Below the pieces are notes generated by a model. The model saw only the letters and a program-made list of their open reading frames with translations. It was not told where the DNA came from and did not search any database. Positions 1-10,264 of a stretch of 64,000 nucleotides of DNA are shown one piece after another; the first letter of the stretch is position 1, and each line of letters starts with the position of its first letter. This DNA is from Candidatus Aminicenantes bacterium. GTDB lineage: Bacteria; Acidobacteriota; Aminicenantia; Aminicenantales; JAFGBC01. The stretch lies in contig OY969696.1 of the NCBI GenBank assembly GCA_963702005.1, positions 3,584,001 through 3,648,000 of the forward strand, given 5' to 3'. The translations under genes were made by a program, and so were the position numbers.

Positions 1-949
1 CCACCGCGATCTTGGCCGCGTTCGGCCCCTTCCGCCTGGCCAGCCGGTTGTAGAGGACTCGAAGTCCTAGGTCTTTCTTGATCGCCGGATAGACCGCCTC
101 CAGCGCCGCCCATCTCAGCCAGGCGCTCCCCTGTTTGGTGATCCGCCCATGATATGTCCGCTCTCCCGACGCATAGGTCGAAGGAATTACCCCGGCGTAG
201 GAGTGAAGATGGGCCGGACTGGAAAACCGTTGGATATCCGCGATCTCCACCGCGACCAGTACCGCCAGCGTCGTGGCAAAACCCGGGATGCTGTCGATGC
301 GGGAGGCCTCCTCGATCGTTCCATACAAGGCTTGGACCCTTCCATCCGACGCCTTGATATGAGCTTGGGTTTCTTGATGTCCCCGCAGAAGATCGTCCAA
401 GACCATCTTGTCCGGTCCCTCCAAGGGAAGCCGGCTGAGGAACTCGATCCCGCGGCCGCTGAACAGCCCGCCCGTTCGCTTGTCCACCTCCAGCCGGATC
501 TCTTCCTTCTGCTGAGCCAAGAGCGCCCGGATCTTGTTCTTGATTTCCGTCTGGATCCGAACCCAATAGGCCCGGGCTCTCAGCACTCTTTGCGCTTGCC
601 GGTTCGCCTCGCCTCGTTGATAGATTTCCGGAATCAGGTCCGCCCGTAAAAGCTGGGCCAGTGTCCGGGAATCCCGCTTGTCCGTCTTGATCCGGGCATG
701 GGCGATCGCTTTGACCTGAAGCGCATTCGCCATTTTCACCTCGCCGCCCAGTTCCCTGAGAAGATCCGCCATCACATAGGAGGACCGCCCAGCTTCGAGA
801 ACGGCCGTGAACGGATGAAACCCCTTGAGGAAGGTCTCGACATTCCTCCTGAGGTTGAAGACGCGCCCCGTCTTCAGTTCCCGTCCGTCTTCGGCCAGAA
901 CCGTCAGCTGAGAGGCTTGCTTGTGATGGTCGACACCGATAAAATACAT
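1..949 (-). CDS. IS110-family (DEDD/Tnp20) transposase, runs off the left edge; not in the ORF track
   Basis: Manual translation from ATG at 949: MYFIGVDHHKQASQLTVL...AVLEAG...RIKTDKRDSRTLAQLL...YASGERTYHGRITKQGSAWLRWAALEA. Contains the GVD, E and KTDKRD catalytic motifs. GGAGG RBS upstream. Confidence 0.93.
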   Translation of the reverse strand, partial: MYFIGVDHHKQASQLTVLAEDGRELKTGRVFNLRRNVETFLKGFHPFTAVLEAGRSSYVMADLLRELGGEVKMANALQVKAIAHARIKTDKRDSRTLAQLLRADLIPEIYQRGEANRQAQRVLRARAYWVRIQTEIKNKIRALLAQQKEEIRLEVDKRTGGLFSGRGIEFLSRLPLEGPDKMVLDDLLRGHQETQAHIKASDGRVQALYGTIEEASRIDSIPGFATTLAVLVAVEIADIQRFSSPAHLHSYAGVIPSTYASGERTYHGRITKQGSAWLRWAALEAVYPAIKKDLGLRVLYNRLARRKGPNAAKIAV

Positions 950-1052
950 CTGCGCACCTCCTTAAAAGAATTTGAGTCGACGTGTAATCTATCACAGTAT
1001 TACCCGTCAGGGAGGTGCGTTTCGCTATCATGTTACCTCATGGAAGCCATAA
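1..1052 (-). mobile_element. IS110/IS1111-type insertion sequence (left end and transposase, partial)
   Basis: Transposase plus ~100 bp upstream non-coding end. ATGGCTTCCAT (1040-1050, - strand) resembles an IS1111-type subterminal repeat. The boundary is approximate. Confidence 0.7.
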
Positions 1053-1310
1053 GTGCTGCAAGGCTGGGCTTGTTCGGGGTTAACCCTGAGCCCACTCAGC
1101 CCCATTCCTTCAAAAAGGGCTGAGTACAAAAGTGTCGCATCTCATCCCCACCTTTTAGGGCGGGGTGGCGTCGGCGAATGGGTCAATGACCCCGGGGACA
1201 AGTGACCTGTTTCCGGGACAGCCCCCCGGCCTGCTTCCCTGGGGCCGGATATCATTAAATTGGCACGCAACTTGCAAAAAGCTATAATGAAGTCTCCAAG
1301 GAGGAACGAT

Positions 1311-2090
1311 ATGAAAAAGAGCTTCGCCATCATCGCGGCCGTCCTGATACTGGCTCCCTGCCTGGCCTTCTCCAACGCCTTCAGCCTCAGGGCGGGGTAC
1401 TTCTTCCCCCGCGCCCAGCACGGGATCGATTTTAAGGACAGCCTGTGGACGATCGAGTTCGACAACATGAACTTCAAGAAAACCAATTTCACGAACTCGA
1501 TCATGGGAATCTCCTACGAATATTTCCTCAGCCGCGAGCTGAGCCTCGTCTTCAGCGTGGATACCTACAGCAGGGTCAAAGCCGGGTACTACAAGGATTG
1601 GGTCGGCTACCAGCTGACCGAGGGCGATTTCGCCTTCCCCGCAAAGTACTATGAAGGCGATTTCAGTATCTCCCACTCGCTTTCGTTCACCCTGACGCCC
1701 ATCCAGGTGTCGATCAAAATCCTTCCTTTGGGCCGCCGGAGCAAGCTCATCCCCTACTTCGGCGGAGGCGCGGGCGCTTACATCTGGGGCGTCCGGCTTC
1801 GCGGCGACATGGTCGACTTCAGCGATGAATATATCTTTACCGACTCCAAACTGGGCGACGTCAGCGTTTACCCGATCGTGGCGACCCAAGCCGAGGAGCA
1901 GACCCGGTTCAGCTTCGGCTACCATTGGTTCGCCGGCCTCATGGTCCCGGTCGCCAACCGGCTGACCCTCGAAGCCGAGTTCAAGCAGCACCTGGTCAAT
2001 GCGGGAAAGTTCACCGACGCTTTCGAAGGGTTCGACAAGTTCGACCTGAGCGGCTTCCAGGTTACGGTCGGCCTCAACTACTGGTTCTGA
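1311..2090 (+). CDS. Outer membrane beta-barrel protein (OmpA/OmpW-like)
   Basis: AGGAGG RBS before ATG 1311, signal peptide, amphipathic strands, PYFGGGAG motif, C-terminal aromatic YWF. Confidence 0.8.
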   Translation: MKKSFAIIAAVLILAPCLAFSNAFSLRAGYFFPRAQHGIDFKDSLWTIEFDNMNFKKTNFTNSIMGISYEYFLSRELSLVFSVDTYSRVKAGYYKDWVGYQLTEGDFAFPAKYYEGDFSISHSLSFTLTPIQVSIKILPLGRRSKLIPYFGGGAGAYIWGVRLRGDMVDFSDEYIFTDSKLGDVSVYPIVATQAEEQTRFSFGYHWFAGLMVPVANRLTLEAEFKQHLVNAGKFTDAFEGFDKFDLSGFQVTVGLNYWF

Positions 2091-2119
2091 ACGAATCCGC
2101 TGGAATCCATCTCTCTATC

Positions 2120-2151
2120 GAGGCTTCTTTCCCGCGGGGGGAGGAAGCCTC
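2120..2151. terminator. Hairpin between convergent genes
   Basis: GAGGCTTC...GAAGCCTC inverted repeat between the stops of the OMP and nitroreductase genes. Confidence 0.45.
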
Positions 2152-2665
2152 AGTACTTTTCCGAGGAAATGATTTCGGAGAGGCGTTTGCGAGGGCGGGC
2201 GGCGGGGTGCTCGGCCGGATAGCCGAGCGGCATCAGTCCCAGGACGCGGACCTCGGCCGGGACGCCCAGCAGGGCTTTGACCTCTTCCTCGTAAAAGGCG
2301 CCTATCCAGCAGGTCCCCAATCCCTCGGCTTGGGCTTGGAGGACAAGATGCTCCATGGCGATCGCGACGTCGACCGGCCAGGAATTCATGGTGCGCCCCA
2401 TCCGGGTGTAGCTCTTCTCGGGCAGGCCGCAGGCCGCCACGATGACGGGCGCTTCGGCCATGAACGTCTGGTTGACGCAGGCCGCGGCGATCTTGGCCTT
2501 CAGCTCCGGATCGCGGATGAGGATGAACTTCCAGGGCTGGAAGTTCTTGGCCGAAGGCGCCAGGCGGACGGCCTCCAGGACCCGGCCCAGAACATCATCC
2601 GGGAGAGGGGTCGGCTTATACTTGCGGACGCTCCGCCGCGTCCGGATGGCTTCAAGGACTTCCAT
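2150..2665 (-). CDS. Nitroreductase family protein
   Basis: MEVLEAIRTRRSVRKY, APSAKNFQPWKF and GLGTCWIG motifs. Start placed at 2665 after AGGAGA. Confidence 0.92.
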   Translation of the reverse strand: MEVLEAIRTRRSVRKYKPTPLPDDVLGRVLEAVRLAPSAKNFQPWKFILIRDPELKAKIAAACVNQTFMAEAPVIVAACGLPEKSYTRMGRTMNSWPVDVAIAMEHLVLQAQAEGLGTCWIGAFYEEEVKALLGVPAEVRVLGLMPLGYPAEHPAARPRKRLSEIISSEKY

Positions 2666-2694
2666 GGCTTTTCTCCTTTCCCGCGCCGAGAGGC

Positions 2695-3588
2695 TCAGGA
2701 AGGCTTGACGATGAGCAGGGTCTGGCGGACGTCGAAGGGAACCGTGATCTTCCCCCAAACCGTGCTGACGTCGACCTCGCCCCGGAACCGGCAGGGGACG
2801 GCGCTCCCTTGGAGCAGGCCGTAGACCGGCTGGCCGACCTCAAAGAAGCTGATCAGAAACGGCAGTTCGAAGACCTTCTCGCCCCGCGGCTCGATGTTCT
2901 TGTCGCCCGGGATGTCCCCCGTCCCGACCTCGTGCGCACCGAAGCTCGCGCTGAAGCGGATCGCGTCGATAAACAGCTCGTAGCTGTTGTCGTTGCTGAA
3001 CTTGACCTGGAAGGCGACATCGGCCCCGGCCACGGTCAGGTCGTTGATCTTGAGGGGAAGGAGGGCGGCGGCCGGATCGCGGAAGATGGGGAACTCCCCC
3101 CCGAAGACGATCGGGATCTTGTCCTCCCGCCTCCGCTCGTCGGCGAAGACCATGGCGCCCGTGATGTAGCAGTTGGCCTTGTCCGCGGCCTTCAGGCCGG
3201 GAATGACCTGGAATAAGAGCCCGTAGCTGATCTTGAGCGGAAGGGACAGAAGCGTCTCCCCGGCCGCCTCGATCCGGATGGGCTTGTCGAGGGGAACGTC
3301 CAGCCGGAGGTATTCCGTCTGGTCGATGAGGACCCTGTACTCGTACCGCATCAAGTAACACGCCTGGCTGGAGGCGTTCCCGATCCTGAGCTGGAAGGCG
3401 AGCGTCAAGCCTTGAGAACTTAAGCCCCGAATCTGCTTCTCGTAATTCGAGATGGTGAGGTCCTGCTTGAGGGAGTCGGCCGAGGCCGAAAGAGCGGCCA
3501 GGCCGGACAGCGCCGCGCCGACAAGGATGATAAGGAAGGCGAGGCCGCTTCTTCCGATCCGTCTTGAAGAGTTCATCGTCATTCTCAT
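2695..3588 (-). CDS. Secreted protein with two LEA_2/WHy domains
   Basis: Signal peptide and two repeats of the LEA14-type pattern (e.g. VKFSNDNSYELFIDAIRF...IEPRGEKVFELP). Confidence 0.7.
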   Translation of the reverse strand: MRMTMNSSRRIGRSGLAFLIILVGAALSGLAALSASADSLKQDLTISNYEKQIRGLSSQGLTLAFQLRIGNASSQACYLMRYEYRVLIDQTEYLRLDVPLDKPIRIEAAGETLLSLPLKISYGLLFQVIPGLKAADKANCYITGAMVFADERRREDKIPIVFGGEFPIFRDPAAALLPLKINDLTVAGADVAFQVKFSNDNSYELFIDAIRFSASFGAHEVGTGDIPGDKNIEPRGEKVFELPFLISFFEVGQPVYGLLQGSAVPCRFRGEVDVSTVWGKITVPFDVRQTLLIVKPS

Positions 3589-3809
3589 GGGTCCCTAAAG
3601 ATACTCCAATTCCGATCTCAAGTAAATGCGCAGGCTCAACCGACGAGGCTTCTAGTACTCAGGGCTTCGCTGAGTATGGGGCTCGAAGGACGCGGCGGCC
3701 CAGACAAGGCCCTGTGAGGGTACGCTCGACGCCTCGACATGAGAATACCCGCGTTTCTCCGGTTGTATCTGATAGAGAAACCGGATAAGTTAAGAGAGGA
3801 AAGAAAAAA

Positions 3810-4820
3810 ATGACGATGCCGGCGCGAATTTCAGAGCAGATCTTAGTCCTGTTCGGCGCCCTCCTGTGCGCGGCGCCCTCCGTCCCCTCGACTGCTCCGG
3901 ACGGAATCAGCGGCTACCGCGTTCGGTTCGGCATTCTCAAGCCTGCCGCAGGGGGCCGAGAGATGATCATCCTGCGGCAGTTCGGCCGGGACGGCAGCTC
4001 TTTTTTCCTGGGTGTCGACCCGGACAGCCTGGCCACCGAGATCGTTCCCGCCGAGGCGGGCGAGCTCGACGAAGAAGCGCTGAATACGATTCGGGAGACC
4101 ATGGCTTCGGCCCCCTACATTCGGGCTCTGAACGAAGCCGAAGCCCATTCTCAGGCCCTTCAGGACGCGGGCATTACCCACCTTCTGCCGGCCGAGCGGG
4201 GCGTCAGCCTGACGATCGATCTCTGTCCTTCGCGAAAGCCTCTGGACCGGGCTCTGTTTCGTGACATCGCCGCCGCCCTGGCCGGGATCGAAAAACCCGC
4301 GCCGCTGGCGATCTCCGTCTCGGGCGTCTGGATGGAAGACCATCCCGACGACCTGCGCTGGCTCCTCGGCCTGATCCAAGCGGGGGACATCTCCGTGGAC
4401 TGGATCAATCATACTTATCATCACCGCTACGACCCCAAGCGCCCCCTGCGGGACAACTTCCTTCTGGAAAAAGGCACCGACCTCGAAGCGGAAATCCTGC
4501 TGACCGAAAAAAAGATGATCGAAAACAGGCTTGTTCCGTCCGCCTTTTTCCGTTTTCCCGGCCTCGTCTCAGACACGACGCTGTTCAAACGCGTCACGGC
4601 CTTCGGCCTGATCCCGGTCGGAAGCGACGCCTGGCTTGCCAAAGGACAGGCCGCCAGGCCCGGCAGCATCGTGCTTATCCACGGCAACGGCAACGAACCG
4701 CTGGGCGTCAAGGAGTTCCTCGACCTCCTGGCCCGGGAAAAGACGGACATCAAGAAAAGCAACTGGCTTCTGTTCGACCTGCGAGACGGCGTCGCCCGGG
4801 AAGAAAAGATCAAACGATGA
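3810..4820 (+). CDS. Secreted polysaccharide deacetylase-like protein
   Basis: LTIDLCP, NHTYHH, FFRFPGL and IVLIHGNG motifs of NodB-like deacetylases. Confidence 0.75.
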   Translation: MTMPARISEQILVLFGALLCAAPSVPSTAPDGISGYRVRFGILKPAAGGREMIILRQFGRDGSSFFLGVDPDSLATEIVPAEAGELDEEALNTIRETMASAPYIRALNEAEAHSQALQDAGITHLLPAERGVSLTIDLCPSRKPLDRALFRDIAAALAGIEKPAPLAISVSGVWMEDHPDDLRWLLGLIQAGDISVDWINHTYHHRYDPKRPLRDNFLLEKGTDLEAEILLTEKKMIENRLVPSAFFRFPGLVSDTTLFKRVTAFGLIPVGSDAWLAKGQAARPGSIVLIHGNGNEPLGVKEFLDLLAREKTDIKKSNWLLFDLRDGVAREEKIKR

Positions 4821-4881
4821 CGTCGGATACCACGCGCCGTAATTCGGAAAATAGATGTCTGGCACCATTTTTTAATCTATA

Positions 4882-6093
4882 ATGTGTGGCATGAACGCTA
4901 AAATCCGAATCCTCCCCGTCCTCATTCTATTCTCGGCGGCGGCCTGCGCGCTCCTCGCCCCGGCCTGCCGCCCCGCGGAGAAGCCGGCCGCGCCGGCGGA
5001 CGAAGCCGTCTATCGTCAAAAACCCGGCGCGCCCGACGAGACGATTTTATCCATGGACTTCGCCCGGATCTCGAAGCCCGGCGGCCTCGAAGAGTTCAAG
5101 CCCCTCTACCACACCCCGCCCGTCCAGCAGGGCAACACCTCAACCTGCTGGTCATTCGCCACGACCTCGCTCTTCGAGACCGAGCTCAAGCGCCTCTACG
5201 GGCTCGAGGTCAAGCTGTCCGAGATGCACACGGCATACTGGGAGTTCGTCGAGAAGGCGCGCCGCTTCATCCGCGAAAAAGGAAACTCGGCCCTCAGGGA
5301 AGGCTCCGAGCCCAACGCCGTCATCCTGCGGATGAAACAGTACGGCGCGGTACGCGAGTCCGATTATACAGGGCTCGTGGGCGGCGCAACCGCCTACGAC
5401 CACGACAGCCTCCACAAGGAACTCTGGGCTTGTCTTGAAGGATTCAAGGCCAGGAACGACTGGGACGAGGCCAAAGCCCTGGCCTCGGTCCGCGTCATCC
5501 TGGATAAGCACATGGGGCCTCCGCCCGAGACGATCGAGTTCGACGGCCGCCGCCTGACTCCCAAGGAATACCTTGATCAGGTCCTTAAGCTCCCCCTCGA
5601 CGATTACGTCGCCTTCACAAGCTTCAAATACACCCCCTTCTACAAGAAGGGCGAATATCGAGTCCCCGACAACTGGTGGCACAGCCAGGATTACTATAAC
5701 GTTCCGCTCGGCGAATTCTACGGCGCCCTGACCGGCGCCCTGGCCAAGGGCTTCACGGTCGCCCTGGCCGGCGACATCTCCGAGGCCGGCAACTACGGCC
5801 CCGAGGACATCGCCGTCATCCCGAGCTTCGACATCCCGCGGGAATTCATCAACCAGGACGCGCGCGAGTTCCGGTTCGCGAACAAGACCTCGACCGACGA
5901 CCACGTCCTCCATCTCATCGGGATATCCAAGCGGCCCGATGGCGACTGGTTCCTCCTCAAGGATTCCTGGCAGACGGCTTGGCAGGGCCGGTTCAAAGGC
6001 TATTTTTTCTACAGAGACGACTACGTGAAGCTCAAGATGCTGACCTTCCTCGTCCATAAGGACGCCGTCGCCGACCTCCTCGCCAAGTTCTAA
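4882..6093 (+). CDS. C1 family cysteine peptidase (aminopeptidase C-like), probable lipoprotein
   Basis: QGNTSTCWSF catalytic Cys, DDHVLH His and KDSW motifs. Alternative start at 4891. Confidence 0.88.
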   Translation: MCGMNAKIRILPVLILFSAAACALLAPACRPAEKPAAPADEAVYRQKPGAPDETILSMDFARISKPGGLEEFKPLYHTPPVQQGNTSTCWSFATTSLFETELKRLYGLEVKLSEMHTAYWEFVEKARRFIREKGNSALREGSEPNAVILRMKQYGAVRESDYTGLVGGATAYDHDSLHKELWACLEGFKARNDWDEAKALASVRVILDKHMGPPPETIEFDGRRLTPKEYLDQVLKLPLDDYVAFTSFKYTPFYKKGEYRVPDNWWHSQDYYNVPLGEFYGALTGALAKGFTVALAGDISEAGNYGPEDIAVIPSFDIPREFINQDAREFRFANKTSTDDHVLHLIGISKRPDGDWFLLKDSWQTAWQGRFKGYFFYRDDYVKLKMLTFLVHKDAVADLLAKF

Positions 6094-6103
6094 GGAGACG
6101 TTC

Positions 6104-8812
6104 ATGAAACTACGTTTATCCATCCTATCCGCTCTTATCATCCTACTGGCCGTTTTCGCGGCGGCGCCCTCGCTCCGGGCCGAGGACAAGCCGGTCCTCA
6201 CCCCCTGGACCGCGGACGACCTCATCAACCAGGAATCGGTCGGGAATTTCGCGATTTCGCCCGACGGCGCCTGGGCCGTCTGGACGAAGAGCACGACCGA
6301 TAAAGACAAAGACGGACGGATCAGCCGCTTGTTCCTTTCCTCGCTCAAGGAGGAGGCCGAGCCCTTCCAGCTGACCCGGGGCGATTCGAGCGATTTCGCC
6401 CCCCGCTGGTCGCCCTCGGGCAAGTTCATCGGCTTCCTCTCGGCCCGCAAGGTCCCCGGCGATAAAAGCGAGGCCGAAGGGGCCCAGGTCTGGCTCCTCG
6501 ACCGCCGCGGCGGAGAGCCCTGGAAGCTGACCGGCCTCCCGATGGGCGTCAGCTCCTTCGAATGGCTCGACGAGAACCGCCTCCTCCTCGCGGCCCGCGA
6601 GTCCCAGACCCTGCTCGAGCTCGAACAGAAGGAGAAAAAGGACTCCAGCCAGGTCGTCGAGGACCAGGAGCACATGGCGCCCCAGCGGCTGTTCGTCTTC
6701 GACATCAAAGCGCGGAAGGCCGAGCGGATCACATCGAACTCGGACCAGATCACGAACATCGAGCTCTCCCGGGACAAAAAGCTCGTCCTGACCCGGAACG
6801 AGCAGAGCGTCCGCTACGGCGTCGACAAGAAAATCAAGCCCAAGTTCTATCTCGTAGAGCTCGAAACCCGGGCCTCAAGCGAGCTCTTCCCCGAGCGCGG
6901 CTTCAAGCCCTCCTCCTTCGCCTGGGCCTGGGACTCCAAGGGTTTCTACTTCACCCGGACCCAGACGAGCGATTATGAGAACGAGGGCCCCGGCGCCGAA
7001 ATCCTCTACTACTACGACCTCGCCGCCAAGTCCTACGCGGAGGTCCCGATCGACTGGGGCTGGGGGATGTCCTACGGCTTCCTCCCCCGCGAGGACGGGT
7101 TCATCGCCGCGCTCGCCAACGGGGCCCGCCCCAAATGGCGTCGTTACGTCAAGGCCGAAGACTCCTACTCCTACAAGGAGCTCGAAGGCAAGCATTATCC
7201 CAATATCTATGGCTTCGACCTTCAGGAGGAAGGGACGGCGGCCGTCTACAGTTATTCGACGGCCTCCCAGCCCGTCCAGTATTACGTCGCGACGCTGGAG
7301 GGACCCGTCCTCAAGGGCGAGCGTCTCCTCCTCGAGCCCAACGGCGGGTTCAAGGACAAGCCCAAGGCCAAGACCGAGGTCCTCAAGTGGAGCGGCGCGC
7401 TGGGCGAGGAGGTCGAGGGCGTCCTGTACTACCCGCACGACTACATCGAAGGAAAGCGCTATCCCCTCATGCTCTCCATCCACGGCGGCCCGACCGGCTG
7501 GGACTCCGACGCCTTCGACGAGAATTGGGCGAGCTACCCCAATCTGCTGGCCCAGAAGGGCTCGTTCGTCCTTCTCCCCAATTACCACGGCTCGGGCAAC
7601 TACGGCCAAGCCTGGGCTGAATCCATCAAGGGCCGCTACTACGAGCTCGAGCTCGAGGACATCACCAAGGGCATCGACGTCCTCATCCGGAAGGGCATGG
7701 TCGATCCCGACCGGCTCGGGACCATGGGCTGGTCGAACGGCGGCATCCTGACGATCGGGCTCAGCGTCTGGACCGACCGGTTCAAAGTCGCCGGCGTCGG
7801 CGCGGCCGACGTCAACTGGACGAGCGACTACGGCAACTGCGCCTTCGGCGTCAGCTTCGACAACTACTATTTCAAGGGGACGCCCTGGGACGAGATCGAG
7901 CACTACATCCTGAAGTCACCCCTGTTCCATCTCAAGAACATGAAAACCCCGACCATCATCTTCCACGGGTCCGAAGACACCAACGTCCCCTATGAGCAGG
8001 GTTGGGAGTACTACCGAGCCCTCCAGCAGATCGGCCTGGCGCCGGTCCGCTTCATCAGCTTCCCGGGCGAGCCTCACGGCCTGCGCCTCCTGACCCACCA
8101 GAAGCGCAAGGTCGAGGAAGAGCTGGCCTGGTTCGACCGCTACTTCTTCAAGACCGAAGCAGCCCGCAACGAAGCCCTCAAGAAAGGCTCGCCTCTCGAC
8201 CTCCAAATCAAAAAGGCGGGCTTCGCGCACGCCGGCTCGCGCTACGGCGTCACGATCAAAGGCACGCTCGCCCCCGAAACGGTCCTCAGCGAGGGGCTGA
8301 ACGTCGGCCGCTTCGAGGTCACCCGGGCCCAGTGGGCCTCCTTCGACGGAAGCTACCAGGTCGAGCCCGGGACGGATGATTACCCGGCGACCGGGATGAG
8401 CTTCGATCAGGCCCAAAAGTACATTAAATGGCTGAGCGGCCGGACCGGCTTGAAGTACAGGCTTCCCACCGCGGCCGAGGCCGAGAAGCTCGCAGGGAAG
8501 GGCGGCGCCGACAACACCCTGGACTGGTGGGCCGGCTACACCCTCAACCCGGACGATGCCCGCCTCCTCCTCGACAAGGTCAAGACGCTCAAGGGCGCGG
8601 CATCGCTCCTCGTTCCGGTCGATAAATTCGACCCGGCCGGCGACGAGATGATCTTCGGCTTAGGCGGCAACGCGGCCGAGTGGGCCGTCGACGACAAGGG
8701 AAACGGCCAAGCTGTCGGGGCCTGCGCCGTTGCGCCCAAAGATCCTCAGGCCAAAAAGACGCCGCCGCCCTCCGCCTACACGGGCCTCCGCGTCATCAAG
8801 GAGGGCAGATAG
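6104..8812 (+). CDS. S9 family peptidase (propeller + alpha/beta hydrolase) with C-terminal FGE-sulfatase-like domain
   Basis: IHGGP, GWSNGG nucleophile, D and H triad motifs. C-terminal FEVTRAQW/YRLPT/GNAAEW/GLR motifs. Confidence 0.88.
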   Translation: MKLRLSILSALIILLAVFAAAPSLRAEDKPVLTPWTADDLINQESVGNFAISPDGAWAVWTKSTTDKDKDGRISRLFLSSLKEEAEPFQLTRGDSSDFAPRWSPSGKFIGFLSARKVPGDKSEAEGAQVWLLDRRGGEPWKLTGLPMGVSSFEWLDENRLLLAARESQTLLELEQKEKKDSSQVVEDQEHMAPQRLFVFDIKARKAERITSNSDQITNIELSRDKKLVLTRNEQSVRYGVDKKIKPKFYLVELETRASSELFPERGFKPSSFAWAWDSKGFYFTRTQTSDYENEGPGAEILYYYDLAAKSYAEVPIDWGWGMSYGFLPREDGFIAALANGARPKWRRYVKAEDSYSYKELEGKHYPNIYGFDLQEEGTAAVYSYSTASQPVQYYVATLEGPVLKGERLLLEPNGGFKDKPKAKTEVLKWSGALGEEVEGVLYYPHDYIEGKRYPLMLSIHGGPTGWDSDAFDENWASYPNLLAQKGSFVLLPNYHGSGNYGQAWAESIKGRYYELELEDITKGIDVLIRKGMVDPDRLGTMGWSNGGILTIGLSVWTDRFKVAGVGAADVNWTSDYGNCAFGVSFDNYYFKGTPWDEIEHYILKSPLFHLKNMKTPTIIFHGSEDTNVPYEQGWEYYRALQQIGLAPVRFISFPGEPHGLRLLTHQKRKVEEELAWFDRYFFKTEAARNEALKKGSPLDLQIKKAGFAHAGSRYGVTIKGTLAPETVLSEGLNVGRFEVTRAQWASFDGSYQVEPGTDDYPATGMSFDQAQKYIKWLSGRTGLKYRLPTAAEAEKLAGKGGADNTLDWWAGYTLNPDDARLLLDKVKTLKGAASLLVPVDKFDPAGDEMIFGLGGNAAEWAVDDKGNGQAVGACAVAPKDPQAKKTPPPSAYTGLRVIKEGR

Positions 8813-8818
8813 GGATCG

Positions 8819-10264
8819 ATGGCCAAGCTCCGCCCGGCCTTTAGGGACAAGGCCCTCTTCGTCCGGCTGTTCGGCGCCGACGTCTACGCCGTGGGCGGAT
8901 TCGTCCGCGACCTCGTGCGCGGGACGCCGACCGAGGAGGTCGACCTCCTCGTCGTCCGGCGCAGCCTCGGCCAAATCGTGCGCCGGATCTCCCCGCACGG
9001 CCGGGTCGACCTGGTCGGAAAAAGTTTCGGAATCATCAAGTTCACGGTCCAAGGCCGCACCTACGACCTGGCCCTCCCCCGCAAGGACGCCCCGCGCGGG
9101 ACGGGGGTGCGCGGCCACAAGGATATCGCCGCGACCTCGGACCCGGATCTGCCGATCGAAAAGGACCTCGAGCGGCGCGACTTCCGCTGCAACAGCATGG
9201 CCCTCCGCCTTTCGGACGGCGCGCTCGTCGATCCCTTCGGCGGCGTCAAGGACATCCGGGCTAAAATCATCCGCCTCACCAACCCGTCCGCCTTTCCCGA
9301 AGACCCGCTCCGCGTCCTGCGCACGGCCCGTTTCGCCTCGGTCCTCGGCTTCGCCGTCGACCCGGCCATTTATCCGACGGCCAAGGACATCGACCTGGCC
9401 GGGCTGAGCGTCGAGCGCATCAACGAGGAACTCTTCAAGATCCTCCTCAACTCGCCCAAGCCGTCGAAAGGGCTCGAGGAGCTGTTCAGGCTCGGCGTCC
9501 TGCGCCGGCTCTTCCCCGAGCTCTACGGCCTGACCCTGGCCCTCCAGGACTCCGTCTTCCACCCCGAGAAGGACGAGTACGGCCACCACACGGTCTGGCA
9601 GCACACCAAGCTGACCGTGGACCAGGCCAAGACGCTCGGCGACCTCTTCGGATTCGCGGCGCCCAAGAAGCTCGCCCTGCTGCTGGCCGCCCTCTACCAC
9701 GACGCCGGAAAGCCCGGCACGGCCCAGTGGGAATTCAAGCGGGGCCGGATGGTCATCATCAACTACGGCCACGACCTGGCTAGCGAGAAGACGGTCAAGA
9801 AAGCCTTTCAGCGTTTCCGGATTTTCTCCTGGAACGGCTACCCGCTCAGCAAGGTCGTGCCGCTCATCATCAAGGCCCATCACCGGGCCTCGGAGCTCTG
9901 GCAGAGCCGCGAGAGCGTCACCCGCAAGGCCTTCAGCCGTCTGGCCGCGGATGTCGGAGGCGAGATTGAGCTCGTCGTCGCCCTCGACGCGGCCGACCGG
10001 GCCGGCCGGCGCGAGCGGCTGGTTAAGGGCCTGGACCGCGAGGCCCGCTGGCTCCTCCGAAAATTCGAAGAGCTGCGCGTCTCGAAGGAGACGATCAAGC
10101 CCCTGATCATGGGCCGCGACCTCATCAAGCTCAAAGTCGCGCCCGGCCCGGGCATGGGAAAAATACTCAAGCGCCTTTACAAGCTCCAGCTCGACAGCCG
10201 GTTCGAGACGCGGGCCGAAGGGCTCAAGCTCGCCAAGAAGATCGTGGAAGGGAAACGGCTATGA
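8819..10264 (+). CDS. cca: CCA-adding tRNA nucleotidyltransferase with HD domain
   Basis: YAVGGFVRD, DLERRDFRCN, EDPLRVLR, ERINEEL and YHDAGK motifs. Confidence 0.88.
   Translation: MAKLRPAFRDKALFVRLFGADVYAVGGFVRDLVRGTPTEEVDLLVVRRSLGQIVRRISPHGRVDLVGKSFGIIKFTVQGRTYDLALPRKDAPRGTGVRGHKDIAATSDPDLPIEKDLERRDFRCNSMALRLSDGALVDPFGGVKDIRAKIIRLTNPSAFPEDPLRVLRTARFASVLGFAVDPAIYPTAKDIDLAGLSVERINEELFKILLNSPKPSKGLEELFRLGVLRRLFPELYGLTLALQDSVFHPEKDEYGHHTVWQHTKLTVDQAKTLGDLFGFAAPKKLALLLAALYHDAGKPGTAQWEFKRGRMVIINYGHDLASEKTVKKAFQRFRIFSWNGYPLSKVVPLIIKAHHRASELWQSRESVTRKAFSRLAADVGGEIELVVALDAADRAGRRERLVKGLDREARWLLRKFEELRVSKETIKPLIMGRDLIKLKVAPGPGMGKILKRLYKLQLDSRFETRAEGLKLAKKIVEGKRL

Noticed and set aside
3620-3790. 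Intergenic hairpin TACTCAG-GGCTTCG-CTGAGTA resembling the stem at ~1094-1126
   Set aside because: Only a short shared stem and no recognisable RNA family; insufficient support.
8280-8812. Diversity-generating retroelement target (FGE/C-lectin fold)
   Set aside because: No reverse transcriptase or template repeat in the window. The paralog-end repeats I compared show no adenine-specific mismatch pattern.
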